A stretch of DNA of 64,000 nt, from assembly GCA_963707985.1 (NCBI GenBank), contig CAVPRW010000003.1, forward strand, positions 1 through 64,000, given 5' to 3'. Below, in pieces: positions 37,595 through 48,118 of this stretch. The notes beneath the pieces are model-generated. The model was not told the DNA's origin. It made no database searches and saw only the letters and a program-made list of their open reading frames with translations. The stretch is from an uncultured Nitrospinota bacterium. GTDB taxonomy: Bacteria > Tectomicrobia > Entotheonellia > J063 > CAVPRW01. Every line of letters starts with the position of its first letter. The first letter of the stretch is position 1. The translations under genes and the position numbers were made by a program.

Positions 37595-37787
37595 CGTTGC
37601 GTCCCACGTCTGCTACCTATGCAACCGACCACAACAGAGCCACCAGGCTTGAGAAGCCCGGCGACCCTGTTGTCCCGACCCCGGAGGGATAGCAATGCGT
37701 CGGGACATTCTCCTCGCAGATCAACCCAGGTGCGGCTCCGATGCAGCCGCACCATTCGGGTCCTTCCTTTCTGCTTCCGGGTTGGAC

Positions 37788-38852
37788 CTACTTGTTCTTG
37801 GTATACACCTGGATGCGCGTGCGGTAGGGCTCAAGCACCAAGATCCGGCCCTCCGGATCAACATCCACCGCGATGGGATGCTCGAAATACTTCACCCTCT
37901 CCAGCCCCCAGGCTACCTCCCGCTCGTTCCACATATAGTTGTTGGAGTCCAGCTTGGCGATGCCCCACTTGGATAAGGTGCCCTCCCCCAGGAAGGTGTA
38001 GATGTGGTTGCCACCCGAGTCGAACATTTGAAGCCGATCGTTGTCCCAGTCGGCGACGTAGATATCACCGTCCTTATCCACAGCGACGTCGCTGGGTCGA
38101 TTGAATTGACCATCGCCACTACCGTGGCTACCGAACGTCATCAAGAAGTTTCCTTCAGGGCTGAACTTCTGAATCCGGTCGTTGCGCCAGTCGGCCACGT
38201 AAACGTTGTCCTGGGAGTCTATCTCGATTCCCCAGGGGAAGTTGAACTGGCCATCGCTGCTGCCAAAGCTGCCCCACTTGGCCAGGAACCGGCCGTCCTT
38301 GGTGAACTTCTGGATGCGGTGATTGGAACCGTCCACCACAAACAGGTTGTCCTGGCTGTCGAAGGCGATCCCCGCCGGACGGTTGATCTCGCCGTCGCCG
38401 GAGCCTTCTGTCCCCCACTTGCCCAGGTACTCACCATCGCCACTCCAGATGGAGATGCGCTGGAGCCACTCGTCACTGAGATAGACCTTGTCCTCCTTAT
38501 CAACGGCGAGGCCACGGGGCCAGAAGATCTGATCGTCGCCAAAACCGCCAGTGGAGAATTGTCCCACGAAATGTTCATCGACCGTGCAGATGGAAATGCG
38601 TTTCAGATGGATCCGGTACTCGTAGGAGCGGTTGGCAACGTACATCAAACCCGTCCGGGGGTTGACCACCATGGCCACAGGATAGCGGAAACCCTGACCG
38701 GTCTGCTCGCCGCGACCAATGGTATGGCTATACGTCAGGGGCGACGCTTTCGTTTGCGTGCTGGGTCTGAGCTTAAGTTCTGGCTGACGCTCCCTTGGCG
38801 GTCCCCAGTAATTGTCGTTGAACACCATTTGCTTTGTGCTTGCTGTGCTCAT
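37788..38852 (-). CDS. NHL-repeat beta-propeller protein
   Basis: Six repeats of YVAD/DWRNDRIQKF-type NHL motifs. Confidence 0.7.
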   Translation of the reverse strand: MSTASTKQMVFNDNYWGPPRERQPELKLRPSTQTKASPLTYSHTIGRGEQTGQGFRYPVAMVVNPRTGLMYVANRSYEYRIHLKRISICTVDEHFVGQFSTGGFGDDQIFWPRGLAVDKEDKVYLSDEWLQRISIWSGDGEYLGKWGTEGSGDGEINRPAGIAFDSQDNLFVVDGSNHRIQKFTKDGRFLAKWGSFGSSDGQFNFPWGIEIDSQDNVYVADWRNDRIQKFSPEGNFLMTFGSHGSGDGQFNRPSDVAVDKDGDIYVADWDNDRLQMFDSGGNHIYTFLGEGTLSKWGIAKLDSNNYMWNEREVAWGLERVKYFEHPIAVDVDPEGRILVLEPYRTRIQVYTKNK

Positions 38853-39003
38853 TCTTGGCCTCACTTTCTGGTCTGTACATGGGCTGCCTGCAACGTGCCA
38901 CAAAGACACCGAACTACAGAGAGGCATACAACCATGCTCTCCGTGTCTCTGTGCCTCTGTGGCTCACGGTGGATACGGCGTAAGGTCGAGGCAAGCCTCG
39001 CCT

Positions 39004-40140
39004 CTACGCATACAGGTCTAGCTGCTCGAAGGTCCCATTGACGATGGGCTTGGAGTCCAGACCCATCCACTGTTCCAGGAGGGTGGCATACAAGCCCCGG
39101 AAGTCGTAGTTGAATTGAAGGTCCCCATCCGCCTGCTTCGCCGGTGCCAGGGATGGGTACTCACTGTACAGCCCTCCCTTGACCTTGTCGCCCACCACCA
39201 GGGCCACTCCACCGGTACCGTGGTCCGTGCCAGAGCCGTTGTCTTTCACCCGACGACCAAACTCGCTGAACAGCAGCATGGTGACGTTGTCCCCCAGGTT
39301 GTGCTCGTGCAGGTCGTCGAAGAAATCCTTGACGTAATTGGCCACATCAGTCCACAGCTTGGCCTGCAGGGTCATGGCGCTGCCGTGCAGGTCGAAGCTG
39401 TTGTAGGGAGAGGTGGTGTAAAAGATCCGGGTCCCTACCTCAGCGATGATCGTCTGGGCCATCATCCGCAGGTACCGGGCCACCGAGTTGTTACCGTACT
39501 CCACGCTGGAGGCGTATTTCTCCGGCACCGTCTTGAGGATGTCGGCCCCCTTGAAGGCGTCCATCCCCGTCTGAGAGAGGTACTCGTGGGTGAAACTCGT
39601 TTCCATCGTCGGCGAGTAGATGCGGGTGAAGGTGTCGAGCGCTGAAAGCCGTTGCTCCTGTTCCTCGATTCCCGGGAGGAGACCATAGGCCTCCAGGTTC
39701 GCCACGGAGGCTACTGGTACCCCGGGGAGCATTAACGCATGGGGCAACCCCCGTCCGTAGTTGACGCCCGTCACCACGTTCTCTTTGGTGGGGTCCAGGT
39801 CTCGGATGGTCCGACCTAGCCAACCCTCGGTAGCGAACTTGTCGGGCTCGCAAGTATGCCATACATCCATGGAGCGGAAGTGGGAACGGTTGCAGTGCGG
39901 GAAGCCCACCCCCTGGATCACTGCGACCTTCCCCTCGTCGTACAGCTGCTTCAGAGGCCCCATGGCGGGATGGAAGCCCACCTGGCTGCTGAGGGCAAGA
40001 ACCTGCTTTTCAGGCACCTGCAACGCTGGCCTTTCGTCGTAGTAGTTGGGATCACCGTAGGGAATAACTGTGTTGATCGCATCATTGCCCCCCGACAACT
40101 GGACGACGACCAGTACCGGGTCCTTTTTGGTAGTTGTCAT
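39004..40140 (-). CDS. DUF1501 domain protein (sulfatase-like fold)
   Basis: DUF1501 pattern (SGGNDAINTVIPYGD...FSEFGRR...GTDHGTGG). AAAGGAGAGG SD. Confidence 0.8.
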   Translation of the reverse strand: MTTTKKDPVLVVVQLSGGNDAINTVIPYGDPNYYDERPALQVPEKQVLALSSQVGFHPAMGPLKQLYDEGKVAVIQGVGFPHCNRSHFRSMDVWHTCEPDKFATEGWLGRTIRDLDPTKENVVTGVNYGRGLPHALMLPGVPVASVANLEAYGLLPGIEEQEQRLSALDTFTRIYSPTMETSFTHEYLSQTGMDAFKGADILKTVPEKYASSVEYGNNSVARYLRMMAQTIIAEVGTRIFYTTSPYNSFDLHGSAMTLQAKLWTDVANYVKDFFDDLHEHNLGDNVTMLLFSEFGRRVKDNGSGTDHGTGGVALVVGDKVKGGLYSEYPSLAPAKQADGDLQFNYDFRGLYATLLEQWMGLDSKPIVNGTFEQLDLYA

Positions 40141-40231
40141 CGCTTCCTCTCCTTTCAATTCGCAGTCAGCCTGCAGCGTTTGCCCCTCCCCTGGTAGGGC
40201 GGGTTCTACAACTGCAGGTTGACCGCTCCCC

Positions 40232-41647
40232 TTAGGCGAACTGGAATTCCTGAGTGGAGACGATCATTTGCAGCATCTGCCCGACTTTGCGGGCGAAGGC
40301 GCTGCGCTCTTCTTCAGTGCTTTGGCGCAGCTCTCCCCCTTTCTCGGCAAACTCGATGAGGCTCCGCAGCGTCTCCTCAGTGACCTCTACAGGCCCTATG
40401 AGGTCCAGACAGCCCTCCACGAACTCCTTGGGGGACATGGTACCCCGCGACATCAGGCGGTCTACGATGTCCTTTATGCCAGGGAGGTCGGTCTGACCCA
40501 CCCACTCGGCAGTCCAGTTGATGCGCTCCAGCAGCGTCCCGCTGTCGATCCATTCCTTCCCGTAGTGCCAGCCTTCCACCGTGGGTGGCTCATACAGCTC
40601 CATGCCCATATACTCGGCTTCATAGCCGATGGATTCCATGCCAGGCCTGAACCCCTCCTTGAAATAGTCCACCAGCTTGATGACGCTCACCACCTGCTCG
40701 GCGGGGGTCTTGACCCGGCTGAAGCGGGCATTCTTGAAGAAGTCGGAGTTCAACAGCACCCGCAGCACCGGCCGGATTTCGTAGTGGTTGTCAAAGTAAG
40801 CCTTCTCCAGGGTCTCGATGGCGGCCATATCCCGGGGAGGAGACATCATCCACTGGGCCACCTGGGGCTCGTCGGCTACGAAGAAGTTGTACAGGTGGCG
40901 GCAGATGAACCGGGCGCAGGCCGGCTGGCGTACGATGATGTCGATGATGTCCTCCCCGTTCCAGCGCCCTGTCTCACCCAGGAACGTCTTCTCACCATCA
41001 TCATGGTCGGCCGGGTCGTACAGGAATTGCCAGTCATAGCGGCCATAGGGGTAGCGGGGAATATGGCCGGTGTATGTCCAACCGGTGAAGGCCCGGGCGC
41101 ACTCCTTCACGTCGTCCTCGGTGTAGTTGGGCTGCCCGTCCTTGCCCACGCCCATGGAGAAGAGCTCCAGCAGCTCCCGGCCGAAGTTCTCATTGATGGA
41201 GCCTTTATGGCTCATCCAGTTGTCCAGGTAGAAGATCATGGCCGGGTTCCGGGCCAGCTCCAGCAGCAGGGTCCGCAAGCTGCCCAAACCCCGGCGTCGG
41301 AACATCTCCACCTGCGCAGCCGTCATTCGACCATGTAATACCTTGGCGTCGCCGGTGCACAGAATGCCATGCCAGAACAGGGCCATCTTCTCTTCCAGGG
41401 GCCGCTTGCCGACAATCATGCGGTAGAACCACAACTGACGACTGGCGTCGGTGGCTGCCCGGTCATGCCATTCTTCCATGTACCGTTCCAGGAGATCGTA
41501 CTCCAGGTCCGGCAAACGCTCCGGGTACAACAGCTCCTCCACGGTGGCTTCATATCCCTTGGCGGCATAAGCTTCCAACTCCGCTCGCGTCGCTCCGAAA
41601 CCGGCGCGCCGCAACAGGTGTGCCATAAGGCCTATGTCTTCAGGCAT
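40232..41647 (-). CDS. DUF1800 family protein
   Basis: HLLRRAGFGA hallmark. Adjacent to DUF1501 as is typical. Confidence 0.8.
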   Translation of the reverse strand: MPEDIGLMAHLLRRAGFGATRAELEAYAAKGYEATVEELLYPERLPDLEYDLLERYMEEWHDRAATDASRQLWFYRMIVGKRPLEEKMALFWHGILCTGDAKVLHGRMTAAQVEMFRRRGLGSLRTLLLELARNPAMIFYLDNWMSHKGSINENFGRELLELFSMGVGKDGQPNYTEDDVKECARAFTGWTYTGHIPRYPYGRYDWQFLYDPADHDDGEKTFLGETGRWNGEDIIDIIVRQPACARFICRHLYNFFVADEPQVAQWMMSPPRDMAAIETLEKAYFDNHYEIRPVLRVLLNSDFFKNARFSRVKTPAEQVVSVIKLVDYFKEGFRPGMESIGYEAEYMGMELYEPPTVEGWHYGKEWIDSGTLLERINWTAEWVGQTDLPGIKDIVDRLMSRGTMSPKEFVEGCLDLIGPVEVTEETLRSLIEFAEKGGELRQSTEEERSAFARKVGQMLQMIVSTQEFQFA

Positions 41648-41796
41648 CTCCTTACCTCCTCCAGGAAATTCGGTTCCCTAGTCGCGATGCTTCACCCCGT
41701 GAAACTCAGATTTGCTGTGTGACCATATGATCTCCTCGCCAAGGACTCAGGCTACCGATAGAGAACGTTTGATGCGAGAGGGAGCCACTTCAGGTC

Positions 41797-42380
41797 TTGG
41801 CTCCCCTGCGGTACGCTCTGCCCATGGACCCCTCATGCATCCCATCCTGCGTCTATCAATTCCGCGTGGTCGTGCAGGGCATCAGTTCGCTGATTTCGCG
41901 CCGGCTCCTCGTCCGCAGCGACATGCCCCTGGCCACCCTCCACACCCTGACGAGCTCTACCACACTGGGGAACGCATCAGTACGGGCTTCGTGGAATCCA
42001 AGGTCCATCAGGTGATCAGCACGTGCTTGTGCACACGCGAGCCGATACCGTGCACCCCATGCGGGGCGCCTCTCCTCTGACCGATACGCACGAGCGTGTT
42101 TACAGGCGATGGGAAGGCGACATTCCGGAAGTGGTCTTCAGGGTTTCTTGCATCCCCCGCCAGCCAATGGCGGCGTACCCCCCAGCATCAACGCTCTCCG
42201 GTGCAGAAACAATCGGGGGATGCCCCTCCTACGGGGGGGGATGAGCACAGGTCAGGCCTTGGGGCCTCACCAGAAAACTGGGTGGTGTGGGGAGAGATGG
42301 CAGGGGTGAAGGTGTACACGGTCGGGAGAAGTGGGTGTTCAGCATCGGGGCTCCCTCCATTGAGGCGATTCTAATCCGGA
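41797..42380 (+). pseudogene. degenerate pRiA4b ORF-3-like (IS1096 TnpR-type) protein remnant
   Basis: N-terminal hallmark YQFRVVVQGISSLISRRLLVRSDMPLATLH. Downstream is frame-broken (including a G8 homopolymer). Confidence 0.3.
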
Positions 42381-42888
42381 GCGCACCGCAGCGGTGTGAT
42401 GAAAAAACTATGGACCAGTTGATCCAGGTTGTCAACGATAATTGTCATTCGGGTATTGTCAAGTTAACTGGTGGGTGGGTAGTGTCTCACTTTGCCTCCG
42501 AACTCATTGCTATATTTGGACAAAAAATTCAAACTGAGACACTACCCCACGCTGAGCATTGATAGTCATGCCCTCGTGTGTGCATCAGGGATCAGCCGGG
42601 TCCTCACATAGCATGACGGTCCACCGCGCGGCGTTATCTCAGTGACAGCCGGGTGCCCTGTACCATGCTTCCCAGAAAGGCATGTCGCCTGGTGCCGGTC
42701 CTCTGTAGGCCCCCGCTGGATAGCCCCAGCATAACGGTGTACAATCACGGCTGCTCCCCAAGTCATTGTATACTTCGCGCGCACGTGCCAGGTGTACTGC
42801 GCGGGGTCTTGGGTGATTCCTAGACGTGATCACCACGACGATCACGACGGAGAGGAATAGTGTGATCTTTCTATGAGGAGTTTGATCC

Positions 42889-43752
42889 ATGCCTGCTGCC
42901 AGTATGATGGAAGTCATCCCCAGCGGCGCACCGCTCGGGGCAGAAGTTGTTGGTGTCGACCTGTCTCAGGAGATGGATGACCAGACGTTCCACGCCATCG
43001 ATGCGGCGTACAACGAGCACATTGTCATCGTCTTTCGCAACCAGCAGCTCACACCCGCCCAGCACCTCCACTTCGCACGCCGTTTCGGCACCCTAGAGGT
43101 CAGCCCGCGCACGCAGTTCGCATTGCCCGGTTACCCGGAGATTTTACTCCTGTCGAATATTCTGGATGCGGCCGGCCAGCCGATTGGCAATGCCGATGCC
43201 GGACGCACCTGGCACACCGATCTGTCCTATACCGCCACACCGCCCCGCGGCTCGCTGCTCTACGCCATCGAAGTCCCGTACAACGAGCACGGCGAGGCCC
43301 TGGGCGAGACCCTCTTCGTCAGCACCGCCGCTGCCTATGAGGCGCTCCCCGCGTCTAGGCAACAGCAGTTACTCGGCTTACGAGCCATGCACCGAGCCGG
43401 TGCCAAACAGTATGCCCCGGGCAGCCAGCTCGCGGATGCGGTCAAGGACCTTCCCGACGTCAGCCACCCGGTGATTCGTACACATCCGGTGACGGGACGC
43501 CGCGCCATTTACGTGCGTGCCGGCGAATGCGTCGGTATCGTCGGCATGACCGATGAAGCGGCACTCCCCCTCATCCAGGAGTTATCCGACTTCGTGACCC
43601 GCCCCGAGTTCCTCTATCGGCACCAATGGCGCGTCGGCGACCTGCTCATGTGGGACAATTGCTGTGCCCAACACCTGGCGGTCAAAGATTATGACCTGCC
43701 GCAGCGCCGATTGATGCACCGCATCACGGTCAATGGCTCGGTGCCGGTGTAG
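42889..43752 (+). CDS. TauD/TfdA-family Fe(II)/2-oxoglutarate dioxygenase
   Basis: WHTDLSY (HxD) motif and a distal H/R. Confidence 0.8.
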   Translation: MPAASMMEVIPSGAPLGAEVVGVDLSQEMDDQTFHAIDAAYNEHIVIVFRNQQLTPAQHLHFARRFGTLEVSPRTQFALPGYPEILLLSNILDAAGQPIGNADAGRTWHTDLSYTATPPRGSLLYAIEVPYNEHGEALGETLFVSTAAAYEALPASRQQQLLGLRAMHRAGAKQYAPGSQLADAVKDLPDVSHPVIRTHPVTGRRAIYVRAGECVGIVGMTDEAALPLIQELSDFVTRPEFLYRHQWRVGDLLMWDNCCAQHLAVKDYDLPQRRLMHRITVNGSVPV

Positions 43753-44145
43753 CAGCTGAAAGCAGAAGAACACGGACCACGGGAAATATCGATCAGCACA
43801 AGAGAGTATAAGCGCGATCATGATTGACACGAGGGAGTCGCCCGACTATACTCCGGATATTCGCTCCGATGAAGTGGTGCCTCTCGACAGTGACGACTCT
43901 ACAGGCAAACTAGGGCGTGGGCACCGACCATCCCAGGGGTCACGCCAGGTGACGTGTCTCATCCTCCGAAACCATGTCGATCTCCAGGCAGGCGTTCAGC
44001 GCGGGAATGATCCTTTACCTTGCCGATAGGGCGTCTCATCCCCCGCATCAGCCTTTCTTGCCTGAAAGATCTTGTCGCTCCTCACACAGCATCGAGTATC
44101 CCGTAACCGAACCGAGGCTCGTACATCTCAGGACAGGAGGTTGCG

Positions 44146-45543
44146 ATGAGCACTCTCGACGTTACCATAACCCCCAGCACAGGCATTGGGTTCCACGACA
44201 TGAATCTCGCCTCATTGAGGGCACACTTTGGTGGGGAGCTGATCAGCCCCGATGACCCAGCCTATGAGTCGTCCAGGCGGGTCTGGAACGGCATGATTGA
44301 CAAGCGACCCGCGCTGATTGCCCGTTGTACAGGGGTCGCCGACGTCAGGCTGGGGATCGCGTTCGCCCGCACTCACGACTTGCTCGTGGCCATCCGTTGC
44401 GGGGGCCATAATGCCGCCGGCCATGCCACCTGTGACGGGGGTGTGGTGCTGGATCTGAGCCCAATGAAAGGCATTCGCGTCGATGCGGCCGGGCGTCGCG
44501 TCCGGGCGCAGGGGGGAGTCCTGTGGAGGGAGTTTGACCGTGAAACCCAGGTGTATGGCCTGGCCACCACGGGTGGGGCTGTCAACGACACCGGCATTGC
44601 CGGACTGACGCTGGGTGGAGGCATCGGCTGGCTGATGGGGAGCTACGGCCTTGCCTGTGACAACCTGGTGTCGGCCGACGTGGTGACATCCGACGGGGAA
44701 GTGATTACGGCCAACGCAACCGACCATCCGGACCTGTTCTGGGCCCTACGCGGCGGTGGTGGGAACTTCGGTGTGGTGACGAGCTTCGAATATCGGCTCC
44801 ATCCTGTCGGCCCGATGCTGGCCGGCATGGCCATCTATCCTCGGTCACAAGCGCGTGATATTCTGCGGGCTCAGCGTGATTTCTCGCAAGCCGCCCCGGA
44901 CCCCGTCGCGTCCTTCATCGGCCTGATGACCTCTCCGGACGGCGACCCCATCGTCGCGATCCCTATGGGCTATAACGGGCCACTGACGGAAGGCGAACGG
45001 CTATTGGCCCCGTTACGGCGCCTCGGAACGCCACTGTTTGACGACGTCAGCCCGAAAGCGTACGTCGACGTCCAGAAAATCTTCAGCCCTGACGCATTTC
45101 CACATGGGATGGCGCGCTACTGGAAGTCCAGTTTCCTGAAAGACCCCGGCGACCACGTGCTCGACATCGCCCTCGACTATGCCGCGCAGATGGCCTCACC
45201 ACATTCGATGATTCTGCTCTACCAGGTCCAGGGAGCGGCCAACCGTGTCCCGCCAGAGGCCACGGCCTTTGGGTTACGCGACTCATTGTGGAACCTTGAC
45301 GTAATCGGACAGTGGGTCGATGCCGCCGAGGCTGATCAGCACATCCGCTGGGTCCGTGAGTGTTGGGCGGCGTTGGAGCCCCATGCGACCGGTGGGGTGT
45401 ACGTCAATCATCTGGGGGCAGATGAGCCTGAACGGGTGCGGGCCGCCTATGGAAAGAACTATGCGCGTCTGGTGGAGGTAAAGCAGCAATACGACCCAAC
45501 GAACTTTTTCCGTTTAAATCAGAATATTAAGCCGGTTATGTAA
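44146..45543 (+). CDS. FAD-linked oxidase (FAD_binding_4 + BBE domain)
   Basis: RCGGHNAAG and the C-terminal BBE motif NFFRLNQNIKP. Confidence 0.8.
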   Translation: MSTLDVTITPSTGIGFHDMNLASLRAHFGGELISPDDPAYESSRRVWNGMIDKRPALIARCTGVADVRLGIAFARTHDLLVAIRCGGHNAAGHATCDGGVVLDLSPMKGIRVDAAGRRVRAQGGVLWREFDRETQVYGLATTGGAVNDTGIAGLTLGGGIGWLMGSYGLACDNLVSADVVTSDGEVITANATDHPDLFWALRGGGGNFGVVTSFEYRLHPVGPMLAGMAIYPRSQARDILRAQRDFSQAAPDPVASFIGLMTSPDGDPIVAIPMGYNGPLTEGERLLAPLRRLGTPLFDDVSPKAYVDVQKIFSPDAFPHGMARYWKSSFLKDPGDHVLDIALDYAAQMASPHSMILLYQVQGAANRVPPEATAFGLRDSLWNLDVIGQWVDAAEADQHIRWVRECWAALEPHATGGVYVNHLGADEPERVRAAYGKNYARLVEVKQQYDPTNFFRLNQNIKPVM

Positions 45544-45616
45544 TATGATGTGGGGCAGACGGAGTAGGATAACGGCTGGGCAAATCATGAACATCCTCAC
45601 GGGCAAGGAGGGCAGC

Positions 45617-46486
45617 ATGGCCGCAACGCTTCACGATATCGTCCAGTCGTCCGAGGCGAAACGCCTGGCGACTGGTTTCGTGTTTACCGAAGGCCCCCTG
45701 TGGCATCCCGACGGCTACCTGCTGTTTGTGGACATCCGCCGCAGCGAAATCTTCAAACTGGTTCCGGGTGGCGAGCCAGAGCTCATACGGGAGCACAGCG
45801 GCGAATCCAACGGCATGACCTTTGACACCCACGGGCGGGTGGTCATTTGCGAGATGGTCAACCGCCGCGTGACCCGCATGGAGGCTGATGGCTCGTTCAC
45901 CGTGCTGGCCGACCAATGGGACCACAAGCGCTTAAACCGCCCCAATGACGTGGTGGGCAAGTCCGACGGGAGTCTTTACTTTACCAATCCGGGGAGAGAG
46001 CGTCTCGATCCTTCAGCGGTGGACATGGCGTTCAATAGTGTGCACCGCATCAGACCCGACGGCACAGTGGATCTCGTGATCCCAAACGTCGACTATCCCA
46101 ATGGCATAGCGTTCTCTCCTGACGAGCGCATCCTATATGTCTCCAACACGCGGCCCGGCCAGTATATTCTGGCCTACGACGTGCACCCCGACGGCACGGT
46201 CTCGAACGGCAGGCACTTCGCGGATATGGCCTCCGCAGATGCGACGAACGGCGTCCCCGACGGCATGAAAGTGGACCGCGAGGGCCGCGTCTACTGCACC
46301 GGCCCCGGTGGATGCTGGGTTTTCGATCCCTCTGGTGAGCTGATTGGTGTCATCCGCCTGCCGGAATATCCCGCCAACTGTGCGTGGGGAGGCCCCGATC
46401 ATCAGACCATGTTCTTCACCGCCAACACCTCGATCTACAGTATGCGCATGAAAACGCCCGGTACCAGGATTCCGCGCGCCTCGTAG
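45617..46486 (+). CDS. SMP-30/gluconolactonase/LRE-family protein
   Basis: TEGPLWHPDGYLLFVDI and RPNDVVGKSDGSLYFTNPG. AAGGAGG SD before ATG 45617. Confidence 0.75.
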   Translation: MAATLHDIVQSSEAKRLATGFVFTEGPLWHPDGYLLFVDIRRSEIFKLVPGGEPELIREHSGESNGMTFDTHGRVVICEMVNRRVTRMEADGSFTVLADQWDHKRLNRPNDVVGKSDGSLYFTNPGRERLDPSAVDMAFNSVHRIRPDGTVDLVIPNVDYPNGIAFSPDERILYVSNTRPGQYILAYDVHPDGTVSNGRHFADMASADATNGVPDGMKVDREGRVYCTGPGGCWVFDPSGELIGVIRLPEYPANCAWGGPDHQTMFFTANTSIYSMRMKTPGTRIPRAS

Positions 46487-46562
46487 GAGAGTAGTTAGTG
46501 CACGGGGGCTCCTAGCCTGCGGCCGAGAGGAAAAGATCTCCATCCTAGCCGTCTTCAGGCTT

Positions 46563-46631
46563 CGTACCTATCTCAATAGATGAGAAAAGTCGCTGTGTTA
46601 GAGGCTGCTGACGTCCTATTGAGATAGGTAC
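46563..46631. repeat. perfect 16-bp inverted repeat (GTACCTATCTCAATAG / CTATTGAGATAGGTAC) with about 35-nt spacer
   Basis: Read directly. Lies between the SMP-30 gene and brxA at the island boundary. Confidence 0.6.
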
Positions 46632-47188
46632 TTGAACGGGCGCCAACATTCACCAGAGAAGCAGATAGCCCAGTAGACCTCATGCCTTATTTCACGCGCC
46701 CTGCAATGGGCGACAGCGGGATACCGGCTGGCAGGAACTGGCCGTAGCCTGGTGGCTGCTCCAGCGCATGGTCTCTGAGAGGACTCCATGATCGGGAGCG
46801 GCCGACGAAGTGAGGTATATGGCTGTCGTGGTGCCCCAGGCAAGTATACGGCGAGGGCCATGATGCGCACGGGCGTTCCGTACGGTGATGAATGGGCGTC
46901 AATGCCGTTTGATGGCGTGCTGGCCAGGGGGTCGACCTGCTCCATTGCCGTGGCCGCGTGTCCTATCGGACTCTGAAGTGCTGAGTCGATTGGGATGATG
47001 AGTCCTGGAGGATGCGAAAGCCGAGCGCATAGAGCCCCAGTATGTGGCGGTTGAAGCGGCGGACAGAGGCCTCGTCCGGACTTGCGGTGCAGCCTTCGCA
47101 GGAGAGGATGTCATCCATGCACATGGTATCCAGATGATCAAGAATCGCCAAGCGCCTACAGGCTCCAAGGACGCCGGAGCATCATCAT

Positions 47189-48064
47189 GTGCAAGCAGAG
47201 CAAGGGAATCTCTGGCTAGAGCCGTATACACGCTACCCATATGAGCGGACTCCCGCATCCTCGACGCCTCAACCGACGATTGCCACCCTTAGGAAACCAG
47301 CATCACGGCAGCCTGCAGAGACCAAAAACGGTCAACGCACACTCCAGGACCTGCTTTTCCCAGAAGGTCTGCTCGCTGCACGGCTGTCGGTTGGTCTCGA
47401 CTCGCTCGATGATCTGCAAAGCCAACTGGTACAGCACCTGAACCAGAACAGCCTGGAGACCAGAACCCGTTATGCTCGATCGATTCTGAAGTGGTTCTTT
47501 CCCAATGGGCTTGGGAGCTTGGTGCGTCATGTCTGGGCTGCCTACAACGACGAGAGCGTGGCAGCGGACATCCTGCGGTACCTCTACCTCGTATCAGAAC
47601 CGATCATGGGCGCCTGTGTGGCGGAGGCCCTGTACCCACTCGAAGAGGGGATGCTCATCCCAGCGGACTACTTTGATCGCTTCTTGAGCAATCATCTGGG
47701 CGGGGAGCCACCGCCAAAAACTCGTCAACGTCTCAAGACCAATCTCATGAAGCTGGGGTTCTTGGCGCGTGCGCGTGGCAAGCCTGACAGGCTCCGGCCG
47801 GTCATCCCGACGAACACGGCATTCCTCATCGTGTTGCATCACCTGTTCGCCCCGAACGGACCGCGGACCGTCGAGATGCGCTATCTCTTTGCCAACCCAT
47901 TTTGGAAATACCTCGGCTTCAAGTCTGAGGACGCGGTGCGCGCAATGTTACGCAGCGCCGATGCGGCTGGGCTGCTTGGGAAATACATTGTGGCAGATCA
48001 GCTCGAGCAGGTCACGACGTGCCTAACCCTCCAGGACATCTTCGCACGGAAGGTGCGGCTATGA
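47189..48064 (+). CDS. brxA: BrxA-like (DUF1819) BREX protein (putative)
   Basis: Position and size directly upstream of brxB/brxC candidates. SLETRTRYARSILKWF resembles the BrxA helix. The assignment is inferred from synteny. Confidence 0.45.
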   Translation: MQAEQGNLWLEPYTRYPYERTPASSTPQPTIATLRKPASRQPAETKNGQRTLQDLLFPEGLLAARLSVGLDSLDDLQSQLVQHLNQNSLETRTRYARSILKWFFPNGLGSLVRHVWAAYNDESVAADILRYLYLVSEPIMGACVAEALYPLEEGMLIPADYFDRFLSNHLGGEPPPKTRQRLKTNLMKLGFLARARGKPDRLRPVIPTNTAFLIVLHHLFAPNGPRTVEMRYLFANPFWKYLGFKSEDAVRAMLRSADAAGLLGKYIVADQLEQVTTCLTLQDIFARKVRL

Positions 48065-48118
48065 AGACAGCCGCCGATCTCTGTCGCCCTGACTCGGCAG
48101 AAGACCTGGGATAAGGAT

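Noticed and set aside
36869-39041. Long antisense ORFs (411 aa and 345 aa on the + strand) overlapping the MqnA-like and NHL genes
   Set aside because: They lie opposite well-supported minus-strand genes with recognisable domains. High GC suppresses stop codons. Their products are Arg/Pro/Gly-rich low-complexity sequence.
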